Assembly: GCF_032444005.1 (NCBI RefSeq)
Contig: NC_091289.1
Span: forward strand, 5,208,001 to 5,272,000
Source of the DNA: Ranitomeya imitator
Taxonomy: Eukaryota
Direction of reading: 5' to 3'
DNA length: 64,000 nucleotides
This document shows, in pieces, positions 45,801-57,164 of the stretch (its first letter is position 1; each line of letters begins with the position of its first letter). The notes under the pieces were generated by a model. The model was not told the DNA's origin. It saw only the letters and a program-made list of their open reading frames with translations, and made no database searches. The translations under genes and the position numbers were made by a program.

Positions 45801-48800
45801 TTAGGCTGCAGACAGAATTGTGTTCACATGATGGGGACAGCCTGAGAAGCTGGTGCGATCCAATCTACATTCTTCATACCCTCAGGGAGCAGAAAGCAAC
45901 TACCAGTTAGATAATTTCTGTAAGTTTCTCCTGTTTATTTTGATACTGTTTTACATAAGTTGTATGTCTTTTTATTATCATATTTTTATGCCTTTTTCTT
46001 ATTGTAAGCATTGAACCTTTTGTTATTAAAGTCTAAAAATTTAACAAGTTGAACCTTGAATGTTCTAAAAGAATCCATAGCCTAAGGTGTGTGAGCCTTA
46101 TGAGTGATAGACATTTTTATTAGTATTATTATTAGTCCGGGACTCATCACCCGTGTATTCGGTGAGTGGCGGCAGCGTGTATGAGCGGGTGTGTAGCCTG
46201 GGTCGGTGTGTGATTTATGCTCCCATTACAGCATAGGACAGAGGTTGAATGCTGGACTGCGAGTGGGGAGATAGATTAACGCTTGCAGGCACAACCCCAA
46301 GTCATGTGTGAGAGCGGGCACGTGACGAATAAGTGACACCACGGAGAAGGGATCCGTGACAATGGTCTATTCCACGGTCCTCACACCCCACAGTTGGTCT
46401 ATTCCACGGTCCTCACACCCCACAGTTGGTCTATTCCACGGCCCTCACACCCCACGGTTGGTCTATTCCACGGCCCTCACACCCCACAGCTGGTCTATTC
46501 CAGACCCCACACATTACATGTCCCCCCGCCGATCTTGCGTCTTACATATAATAACTTACGGCTCCTGGAATTTCTTTTTGCAGATCTACTGGACGTAAAT
46601 TAGAGAATTTTAAAATCTCAGTGAATGTGGGGCCTCTGTCCACGGCGACGTTCAGACTGGTCTATGAGGAGTTACTGAAGCGGCAACTCGGGAGCTACGA
46701 GTTATACTTGAAGATTAGACCCAAAAAACTTGTGGAAGATTTTCAGGTGAGAAAACTCTCACTACAATGATAAACCTCAAGCTCTGTTCATCCTGAGCCA
46801 CCTGGTGCATGTATATACACCGTGTTCCAAATTATTATGCAAATGACTTTTTTCTCGGATTTTCCTAAATGGTCGGTGCAGATGACAGTCAGTCTAATAA
46901 GTCATCACCCGTTAGATTATACATCGAATTTTATTGAAGAAACCTCCCAATGATAACAGTATAATCTCCAAAAAGAATAAAACCCCACAATGCACTGTTG
47001 CAAATTATTAGGCCCAGTAGAATTTCTAAACATTTGATATAAAAACCTGAAAAGTCTCATTTGTGGAATTTGCAGCATTAGGAGGTCACATTCACTGAAC
47101 AAAAAAGCTATTTAACCCCAAAACCTCCTAACAGCCAAGTTACATGTAACATCGGAGCCTTCTGTGATGTCACCTTCACAATTCTTGCCTCCATTGAACT
47201 TGTGAGTTTTTGGAGAGTTTCTGCTCGTTCGTATTTCTCTGCTTGTATTTCTTTGCCTCCAAGAGCACATACTGATAGGGAATTTAGATTGTGAGCCCCG
47301 CCGGGGACAGCGATGATAATGTGTGCAACCTGTAAAGCGCTGCGGAATATGTTAGCGCTATATAAAAATAAAGATGATGATTATTATTATTTTGATGTGA
47401 ACGGCCTCCCACCCTCATAGATCTTTTGCTGGATGATCCTCCAAAGGTTTTCTATAGGGTTGAGGTCAGGGGAAGATGGCGGCCGCACCATGAGTTTATC
47501 TCCTTTTATGCCCATAGCAGCCAATGACTCTGATTCTTTGCAGCATGAGATGGGGCATTGTCAGCATGAAGATGATTTTGCTCCTGACGTTTCTGCTTTT
47601 TATACCCTGGAAGAAAGTTGTCAGAAACTCTATGTACTTTGCAGAGGTCATTTTCACACCTTCAGGAACCTTAAAGGGCCCCACCAGCTGTTTCTCCATG
47701 ATTCCGGCCCCAAAAATGACTCCTCCACCTCCTTGATGACGTCGCAGCCTTGTTGGGACATGGTGGCCTCCACCAACCATCCACTACTCCATCCATCTGG
47801 ACCATCCAGGGTTGCTCGACACTCATCAGTAAACAAGACTGTTTGGAAATTAGTCTTCATGTATGTCTGGGCCCACTGCAGCCGCTTCTGCTCATGAACA
47901 CTGTTTAGGGGTGGCCGAATAGTAGGTTTATGCACCACAGCAAGCCTTTGAAGGATCCTACACCTTGAGGTTCGAGGGACTCCAGAGGCACCAGCAGCTT
48001 CAAATAACTGTTTGCTGCATTGTAATGGTATTTTGGCAGATGCTCTCTTAATCCAATGAATTTATCTGGCAGAAACCTTCCTCATTATGCCTTTATCTGC
48101 ATGAATTCTATCTGTGCTCTGTTTCAGTCACAAATCTCTTCACAGTATGATGATCACGCTTAAGTTTTCAGGAAATATCTAATGTTTTCATACCTCATCC
48201 AAAGCATTGCATTATTTAACGCTATTCAGCAGCAGTGAGATCCTTTTTATTTCTCATATTACTTGAAACCTGTGGCTGCTTAATAATGTGGAATGTCGTT
48301 TTTAAGTAGTTTTCCTTTCATTAGAATGACATGGAAAACTAATTATCACATGTGTTTAAGATTGATTTCAGTGATCTATTGAGCCCTGAGACACAAGACC
48401 ATCCACAAGTTTATTTGAAAAACAAAACAATTAAATCTTTGACACTTAAATCCAATTTGCATAGTTATTTGGAACACGGTGTAGTACAAGGACCATTGGG
48501 CCATGAGCATTTATGTAGGAATAGTTTTCATTGATGTTTTGCAGGTTAACATCGACATAATTGAACCACAAGGAATCAGTTTCCTGAAAGCCGTCGGGAC
48601 ATTTATGATAAATGAACTCTCTGATGTGGTCAGAATAAATCGTACAGACAGTAAGGTATCGGCAAAGTCATCTAATGCCGGGACTAACTGGGGGAAAAGA
48701 TGTGAAATCATGTGTCTGTGGTACTTAAAAACATCCAGACATCGCATAACCATGCAGGAGAGGGAGGACTGTGCAGGAGGGGTAGTGCAGGGAGGACTGT

Positions 48801-51800
48801 GCAGGAGGGGTGGTGCAGGGAGGACTGTGCAGGAGGGGTGGTGCAGGGAGAACTGTGCAAGGAGGACTGCAGGAGGGGTTGTGCAGGGAGAACTGTGCAG
48901 GAGGGGTGGTGCAGGGAGGACTGTGCAGGAGGGGTGGTGCAGGGAGGACTGTGCAAGGAGGACTGTGCAGGAGGGGTTGTGCAGGGAGAACTGTGCAGGA
49001 GGGATGATGGAGGGAGGACTGTGCAGTAGGGGTGGTGCAGGGACGACTGCAGAAGGGGTGGTGCAGGAGGGATGATGGAGGGAGGACTGTGCAGGAGGGG
49101 TGGTGCAGAGAGGACTCTGCAGGAGGGATGATGGAGGGAGGACTGCAGGAGGGGTGGTGCAGGGATGACTGTAGAAGGGGTGGTGCAGGGAGGACTGTGC
49201 AGGAGGGATGATGGAAGGAGGACTGCAGGAGGGGTGGTGCAGGAGGGATGATGGAGGGAGGACTGCAGTAGGGGTGGTGCAGGGACGACTGCAGAAGGGG
49301 TGGTGCTGGGAGGACTGCTGGATGGATGATGGAGGGAGGACTGTGCAGGAGGGGAGGTGCAGGGAGGACTGCTGAAGGGGTGGTGGAGGGAGAACTGCAG
49401 GAGATGATGGAGCGAGGACTGCAGAAGGGGTGGTGCTGGGAGGACTGTGCAGGATGGATGATGGAGGGAGGACTGTGCAGGAGGGGCAGGGAGGACTACA
49501 GAAGGGGTGGTGCAGGGAGGACTGCAGGAGAGATGATGGAGAGAGGACTGTGCTGGAGAGATGATGCAGGGAGCACTGTGCAGGAGGGGTGGTGCAGGGA
49601 GGACTGTGCAGGAGGGGTGATGCAGGGAGGACTGTGCAGGAGAAATGATGCAGGGAGGACCGTGCATGAGGGGTGGTGCCAGGGAGGACTGTGCGGGAGA
49701 GATGATGGAGGGAGGACTGCAGGAGAGGAGGTGCAGGGAGGACTGTGCAGGACGGGTGGTGCAGGGACGACTGCAGAAGGGGTGGTGGAGGGAGGACTGC
49801 AGGAGAGATGGAGGGAGGACAGTGCAGAGGAGGGGTGGTGCAGTGAGGACTGTGCAGTAGGGGTGGTGCAGGGACGACTGCAGAAGGGGTGGTGCAGGAG
49901 GGATGATGGAGGGAGGACTGTGCAGGAGGGGTGGTGCAGAGAGGACTCTGCAGGAGGGATGATGGAGGGAGGACTGCAGGAGGGGTGGTGCAGGGATGAC
50001 TGTAGAAGGGGTGGTGCAGGGAGGACTGTGCAGGAGGGATGATGGAAGGAGGACTGCAGGAGGGGTGGTGCAGGAGGGATGATGGAGGGAGGACTGCAGT
50101 AGGGGTGGTGCAGGGACGACTGCAGAAGGGGTGGTGCTGGGAGGACTGCTGGATGGATGATGGAGGGAGGACTGTGCAGGAGGGGAGGTGCAGGGAGGAC
50201 TGCTGAAGGGGTGGTGGAGGGAGAACTGCAGGAGATGATGGAGCGAGGACTGCAGAAGGGGTGGTGCTGGGAGGACTGTGCAGGATGGATGATGGAGGGA
50301 GGACTGTGCAGGAGGGGCAGGGAGGACTGCAGAAGGGGTGGTGCAGGGAGGACTGCAGGAGAGATGATGGAGAGAGGACTGTGCTGGAGAGATGATGCAG
50401 GGAGCACTGTGCAGGAGGGGTGGTGCAGGGAGGACTGTGCAGGAGGGGTGATGCAGGGAGGACTGTGCAGGAGAAATGATGCAGGGAGGACCGTGCATGA
50501 GGGGTGGTGCCAGGGAGGACTGTGCGGGAGAGATGATGGAGGGAGGACTGCAGGAGAGGAGGTGCAGGGAGGACTGTGCAGGACGGGTGGTGCAGGGACG
50601 ACTGCAGAAGGGGTGATGGAGGGAGGACTGCAGGAGAGATGGAGGGAGGACAGTGCAGAGGAGGGGTGGTGCAGTGAGGACTGTGCAGGAGGGGTGGTGC
50701 AGGGAGGACTGTGCAAGAGGGGTGATGGAGGGAGGACTGTGCAGAAGAGATGATGGAGGGAAGACTGCAGGAGGGGTGGTGCAGGGAGGATAGTGCAGAA
50801 GGGGTGGTGCAGGGAGGACTGCAGGAGGGGTGGTGCACGGAGGACTGCAGGTGGGGTGGTGTAGGGAGGACTGTGCAGGAGAGATGATGGAGGGAGGATT
50901 GTGCAGGAGGGGAGGTGCAGGGATGACTGCACGAGGGATGCTGCAGGAGAGATGGTGCAGGATGGACTGTACAGGAGAGGTGGTGCAGGGAGGACTGTGC
51001 AGGAGGGGTGGTGCAGGGAGGACTGTGCAGGAGGGATGGTGCAGGAGAGATGCTGCAGGAGGGGGACGGTGCAGGAGGGATGGTGCAGGAGAGACGATGC
51101 AGGAGGGATGCTGCAGGAGAGACGGTGCAGGAGAGATGCTGCAGGAGAAATGCTGCAGGAGGGACGGTGCAAAAAGACGGTGCAGGAGAGATGGTGCAGG
51201 AGGGATGCTGCAGGCTAGGAGCACACAATGTATAACAGAGATATTTCATATTGGCTGCACTTTTCCTCCTATTTTCAGGCCCATATAGAATTTAAGCCGA
51301 GCCTCCAGCAGCAGCGCCGATGTCCGGATTGCGAGGCGACTCTTCTGGACGGGAATCTCAGGATAACGTATGATGTGAAGAGGGAATCTTCTGCTGGGAA
51401 ATTGCAGGTGACTGCTGACTGATTTCTGTTATATCGGATCGTTACTTTGTTACTTTGCCCTTTGTTTCTCCTAGATCATCAATGGATACTTTGTTCATTA
51501 CTTTGCTCCGGCCAACCTGAAGCGTTTACCGAAAAATGTGCTGTTTGTCATTGACCACAGCGGGTCAATGTACGGAAACAAGATCAAACAGGTAAGAGTG
51601 GTGCCCCCCGGGCTGTATCCGGGGATCGCCCCCCACAGACCTGTCCTATCCCCCCGCCCCAATGACACAACAGGACAGAACCGCCCTTCTGTCATTGCTG
51701 CCCATAGACCTACGAAGCCTTCACCAGGATCCTGGAGGAGATGCCGCACGAGGATTATATAGGAATTCTTATATTTGATGACAAAATCGAAAAGTGGAAG

Positions 51801-54800
51801 GAAAGTCTCGTCAGAGCCACAGCGGAAAACATCAAACTGGCAAAGGAGTTCGTGGAGAAGATGACGGCAAGAGGAGGTGAGCCAAGGGTCCGAGGAGCAG
51901 GCAGGGGTAGGAGCGGCAGCAGAACTCATTGATGGGGTCCGGAAGGTCGGACCCCACTAACCTCATAGTGATGTAATAATTCTGCAGCAGCTTTTCTGAT
52001 AATTCTGCTTTGTGCAAGTATTTAATAAACAGATAGGTCCGGAAACCGGACGGATCCTCTGTACACGAAGGGTCCAGACAACTGGGACGCTAATATTTTA
52101 GGGGGTCATAGTTTACCATTAATCCTTTCTCATGTTCCTCTGCAGGGACAGACATCAATAAGGCGCTGCTGACTGCAGCAAAGATACTCACTAACGCCAC
52201 CATCAACAACGCGCTGCCCCCAATGAGCGCATCCATGATATTATTCCTCTCTGATGGAGAACCCACATCCGGTGAGTGAGTCCTGCCTGGAATGACCCCC
52301 ATCATGTCCTCTGCACTCCATGATCCTGCCTGGAATGACCCCATCATGTCCTCTGCCCCCTCGATCCTGCCTGGAATGACCCCCATCATGTCCTCTGCCC
52401 CCTCGATCCTGACTGGAATGACCTCCATCATGTCCTCTGCCCCCCACGATCCTGCCTGGAATGACCCCCATCATGTCCTCTGCCCCCTCGATCCTGCCTG
52501 GAATGACCCCCATCATGTCCTCTGCACTCCACGATCCTGCCTGGAATGACCCCATCATGTCCTCTGCCCCCCACGATCCTGCCTGGAATGACCCCCATCA
52601 TGTCCTCTGCCCCCTCGATCCTGACTGGAATGACCTCCATCATGTCCTCTGCCCCCCACGATCCTGCCTGGAATGACCCCCATCATGTCCTCTGCCCCCT
52701 CGATCCTGCCTGGAATGACCTCCATCATGTCCTCTGCCCCCCACGATCCTGCCTGGAATGACCCCCATCATGTCCTCTGCCCCCTCGATCCTGCCTGGAA
52801 TGACCCCCATCATGTCCTCTGCCCCCTCGGTCCATCATTCGTTCTGGTGTTTGTCCGGTATAATGTAGATAAATAACTTGGCACTCAACTTGGTGGATAG
52901 TGATAATCAAGAAAAACGAAATTTATTACTTGAAGTAGCAGTCCAGTAAGATATATAAACGTTTCGGTCAAACATAAAGACCTTCTTCAGTAAACCGACT
53001 GCTGTAATGATGGAGTCTATAAGGCACTTATGTAAATGAAAATGAGGGGTCCTATATTGAAATCCTGAAGGACCTAGATAGTGAAGGCAAGTAGCCAAAA
53101 AAGAGGATATATGTTCTTATCCACATGAAAGAATAGACTAAGAGGTATAACAAATTGGAGAGATATGTGGCAGGAGGATGGTGTCAGAGACACTAATACT
53201 AGATGATCTCCAGAAGATAGCATAAATAACAAAATCCTAGATGAGATTCTAATAAGGAACGGGAACAGCCGTAATCTATTGTATACAGTATATAGAAGAG
53301 AGTCCCAAATCGGAAAAGTGACAATCAGTCCTCTCCAATGGAAAGCAGGCTGTAGGAGAACATCAACGCGGTATCCAATGATTCAACCAGCGGTGGATAC
53401 CGCGTTGATGTTCTCCTACAGCCTGCTTTCCATTGGAGAGGACTGATTGTCACTTTTCCGATTTGGGACTCTCTCCTATATACTGTATACAATAGATTAC
53501 GGCTGTTCCCGTTCCTTATTAGAATCTCATCTAGGATTTTGTTATTTATGCTATCTTCTGGAGATCATCTAGTATTAGTGTCTCTGACACCATCCTCCTG
53601 CCACATATCTCTCCAATTTGTTATACCTCTTAGTCTATTCTTTCATGTGGATAAGAACATATATCCTCTTTTTTGGCTACTTGCCTTCACTATCTAGGTC
53701 CTTCAGGATTTCAATATAGGACCCCTCATTTTCATTTACATAAGTGCCTTATAGACTCCATCATTACAGCAGTCGGTTTACTGAAGAAGGTCTTTATGTT
53801 TGACCGAAACGTTTATATATCTTACTGGACTGCTACTTCAAGTAATAAATTTCGTTTTTCTTGATTATCACTATCCACCAAGTTGAGTGCCAAGTTATTT
53901 ATCTACTATATATTTACTGGTGTGGGAAACCTTTCTTGAGCACCGACACAGCTGTGCCACGACATATTTCACTATGTCCGGTATAAGGTGGCGGCCATGT
54001 TGTCCTGGTGTTGGGTTGTCGCCCTGATTTTGATCCCGGTTACTTTACAGGAACCACCGACCACAAGAAGATCGTAGACAACGTGCGTCGCTCTCTGGAC
54101 GGCCGCGCCTCGCTCTACTGCTTGGGATTTGGCAGCAGCGTGGACTACAACTTTTTGGAGAAATTGGCTTTAGAAAACGGAGGTTTGTCGCGTCGCATAT
54201 ATGAGGATTCCGACTCCGCTCTGCAGCTCCAGGTGACCGGCCGACCAGAAGGTCTAACTCCTTCAAGGGGACCTTCATTTTGACACTTAGTTGGGGTCAT
54301 TTCTGAATTTGGCCCCAAAAGAAGATGTCAGGGGCCCCATAACGCCCAGCATAATCCCAGCAGGTCACCCGGACTATAACCCCCACTCTCCTCTTCCAGG
54401 GCTTCTACAATGAAGTGGCGAACCCCATGCTGCTGGACATCGAGCTGCAGTATCTGGAGAACTCCGCGGATCATGTGACCAGGAGCCGCTTCAGACATTA
54501 TTATCAGGGATCGGAAATCATCGTAGCCGGACGGATAGCCAACAGCAGCGCTGAGACCGTGACGGCCGAAGTGAAAGCCCAGGGCGTGAGTCCGACACCC
54601 GCTGCTGCCGGTACAGTGATGTACCGGAAATCTGAAGAAGAGAAATGGCCTGTAGTGGCGCCATATTGTGCTGCCTCTATATACAGTGCAGGGTCTGTAG
54701 GTGAAAACGGATGCTCTGCTGACTCCGTCCCATGATGATAATGAGATAACACTGACCCCGCCCATGAGGATAATGAGATAACACTGACTTCACCCACTGA

Positions 54801-57004
54801 TGATGATATAACACTAACCCCACCACCTGATGATAAGACAACACTGACCCCACCCCTGAGGATAATGAGATAACACTGACTCCGCTCATGAGGATAATGA
54901 GATAACACTGACTCCACCCCTGAGGATAATGAGATAACACTGCCCCTGAGGATAACGAGATAACACTGACTCCACCCACTGATGATGATATAACACTAAC
55001 CCCACCACCTGATGATAAGACAACACTGACCCCACCCCTGAGGATAATGAGATAACACTGACTCCGCTCATGAGGATAATGAGATAACACTGACCCCACC
55101 CCTGAGGATAATGAGATAACACTGCCCCTGAGGATAACGAGATAACACTGACTCCACCCACTGATGATGATATAACACTAACCCCACCACCTGATGATAA
55201 GACAACACTGACCCCACCCCTGAGGATAATGAGATAACACTGCCCCTGAGGATAACGAGATAACACTGACTCCACCCACTGATGATGATATAACACTAAC
55301 CCCACCACCTGATGATAAGACAACACTGACCCCACCCCTGAGGATAATGAGATAACACTGACTCCGCTCATGAGGATAATGAGATAACACTGACCCCACC
55401 CCTGAGGATAATGAGATAACACTGCCCCTGAGGATAACGAGATAACACTGACTCCACCCACTGATGATGATATAACACTAACCCCACCCCTGAGGATAAT
55501 GAGATAACACTGACCCCACCCCTGAGGATAATGAGATAACACTGACCCCACCCCTGAGGATAATGAGATAACACTGCCCCTGAGGATAACGAGATAACAC
55601 TGACTCCACCCACTGATGATGATATAACACTAACCCCACCCCTGAGGATAATGAGATAACACTGACCCCACCCCTGAGGATAATGAGATAACACTGACCC
55701 CACCTCTGAGGATAATGACATAATTCTGACATCACCCTTGAGAATAATGAGCTAATACGGACACCACCCATGAGGAGGAGATAACACTGACCCCTCCATT
55801 GAGGATAACAAGCTAAAACAGACCCCGCCCACTGATGTAATGAGCAATCACTGACCCCTGAGGATCATGAGCTAACACTGACCCCACCCCTGAGGATAAT
55901 GAGCTAACACTGACCCCACCCTTGAGGATAATGAGCTAACACTGACCATACACAATGATTGTAATGACCTTACACTGACCCCGCCCACTGATGATAATGA
56001 GATAACATTGACTCCACCCCTGAGGATAAAGAAATAACACTGACTTCACCCCTGGGGATAATTAGCTAACTCTGACCACTCCCCTGATTATAATGATAAC
56101 ACTGACCCCACCCCTGAGGTTAATGAGATAACACTGACCTTACCCTTGTGGGTAATAAGCTAACACTGACTACACCCCTGATTATAATGAGATAACACTG
56201 ACCCCACCCCTGAGGATCATGAACTAACACTGACCTCACCCCTGGGGATAATAAGCTAACACTGACCATGCACAATGATGGTAATGAGCTTACACTGACC
56301 CCGCCCCTGGGGATAATAAGCTAACACTGACCCCGCCCACTGATGATAATGATACCACAATGAGGATAATGTGATAACTGACCCCGCCCTTTGATGATAA
56401 TTAGATATGACAGTCATATCAATAAATATCTAACCGGATGATTTCTCCTTTCCATGAAGCTTTCCCAGCCGTTCTCCGAGACTGTGGAGGCGCCGGTGCA
56501 GGAGGAGGACGAGGTGTCCAGAGAGCTGCGGTATATCTATGGAGACTTCTCCGAGAGACTGTGGGCCTATCTGACCATAGAGCAGCTGCTGAGCGCACAG
56601 TACGAGCGTCTACACCTCTGTATACCCTCTCATTACCTAAGTATATTGTCTATGCCGCCAGACAGAGCGCCCCCTGGGGAACGGCTCCTCTCTACACTGA
56701 CAGACCATTGATTTCAAAGACAACGGTGTAATTCATCTTATCGCCTGCGGTGGCGCTGCAGGACAACAGAAGACCTGCAGCTGATCATCAGGTCATCTCA
56801 TCATCATGGAGCCTCATAATGAAACAAACATGATGTTTCTTGTTTGCAGAATTGCAGCTGAAGGGGAAGATAAAAGGAAGATAACATTGAAGGCTCTGGA
56901 CTTATCACTGAAGTATAATTTTGTGACACCATTAACATCCATGGTAGTGACCCCATCAGAAGAGAAGTCAGATGAGCTGATTGCAAATAAGCCGAAAGAA
57001 CAAG
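42834..57004 (+). CDS. Inter-alpha-trypsin inhibitor heavy chain (ITIH3/ITIH4-like), 3'-incomplete; join(42834..42914,43311..43465,44062..44166,46584..46746,48545..48655,51279..51407,51475..51591,51708..51876,52146..52271,54051..54232,54400..54585,56460..56599,56850..57004)
   Basis: Signal peptide [25 protein letters not shown]; VIT domain ([26 protein letters not shown]); CPDC; vWA MIDAS DHSGS...GGTD...LSDG; [31 protein letters not shown]; 606 codons in frame, GT-AG throughout. Paralog not resolvable by eye; C-terminal exons not found in window. Confidence 0.93.
43520..43985. repeat. ~20-bp minisatellite (TGACATCGGGGGAGGCGGCG), ITIH intron 2
   Basis: Tandem units. Confidence 0.93.
44215..45420. 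repeat. 25-27 bp minisatellite (CTCCATCTCTATAGGATCCCCCCGCG), ITIH intron 3
   Basis: Tandem units. Confidence 0.95.
46362..46500. repeat. 33-bp minisatellite (GGTCTATTCCACGGTCCTCACACCCCACAGTT), ~4 units
   Basis: Direct repeats at 46364, 46397 and following. Confidence 0.85.
46818..48481 (-). mobile_element. Full-length decayed Tc1-family transposon resembling TRT (DD37E) elements
   Basis: 27-bp TIRs CACCGTGTTCCAAATTATTATGCAAAT / ATTTGCATAGTTATTTGGAACACGGTG (25/27) with TA duplication; minus-strand remnants [39 protein letters not shown], with frameshifts. Confidence 0.9.
47258..47390 (+). mobile_element. L2 LINE 3'-terminal fragment inserted in the Tc1-family element
   Basis: TAGATTGTGAGCCCC...TGTAAAGCGCTGCGGAATATGTTAGCGCTATATAAAAATAAAG plus (TTA)n tail interrupts the transposase remnant. 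Confidence 0.75.
48752..51215. repeat. Purine-rich ~28-bp minisatellite (GCAGGAGGGGTGGTGCAGGGAGGACTGT) with 831-bp higher-order duplication
   Basis: Repeat-derived ORFs starting 49326 and 50157 are near-identical (offset 831). Confidence 0.93.
52283..52830. repeat. 41-42 bp minisatellite (GATCCTGCCTGGAATGACCCCCATCATGTCCTCTGCCCCCTC)
   Basis: About 13 units starting a few bp after the ITIH exon 9 donor. Confidence 0.95.
52953..52996 (-). ncRNA. Minimal hammerhead-ribozyme-like motif (left arm, antisense copy)
   Basis: Exact reverse complement of 53775-53818. Confidence 0.65.
53775..53818 (+). ncRNA. Minimal hammerhead-ribozyme-like motif (right arm)
   Basis: CTGAAGA-A-GGTC(tttatgttt)GACC-GAAA-CGTT: intact core, 4-bp stem II, self-complementary ACGT stem III, weak stem I. 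Confidence 0.65.
54735..56390. repeat. ~26-32 bp minisatellite (CACTGACCCCACCCCTGAGGATAATGAGATAA), ITIH intron 11
   Basis: Tandem variants with local higher-order blocks; more diverged to the right. Confidence 0.93.
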
Positions 57005-57164
57005 GTGAGAGCAAATATGGATCAGACCTCTAAATGTTTCCATGGTTCCCGAACACTCAGGAGTAATGGCACCACCGCCAACCTATTGCCCCTCATTCAC
57101 CCTCTGTTTCATTCTCATTATTTCCACTATACCCACTCTTCATTGTGCCGTTACACAGACAGAT

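Larger units (their letters stand above)
52865..53906. mobile_element. Near-perfect palindrome (513-bp arms, 16-bp spacer), probable Penelope-like inverted pseudo-LTR insertion
   Basis: 52865-53377 is the reverse complement of 53394-53906 with one mismatch found (53296/53475); each arm has a hammerhead-like core, AATAAA and TTGAGTGC near its outer end. Confidence 0.85.

Noticed and set aside
45432-46361. Possible solo LTR (TGT...GTGACA, internal ATTAAA)
   Set aside because: Left boundary is ambiguous and no matching TSD was found; a Dfam/Repbase search is needed before calling it.
56460-56469. Alternative ITIH exon 12 acceptor (CAG at 56466-56468)
   Set aside because: The AAG acceptor at 56459 gives a 140-bp exon matching the recalled paralog exon size; the downstream site is in frame and cannot be excluded without RNA data.
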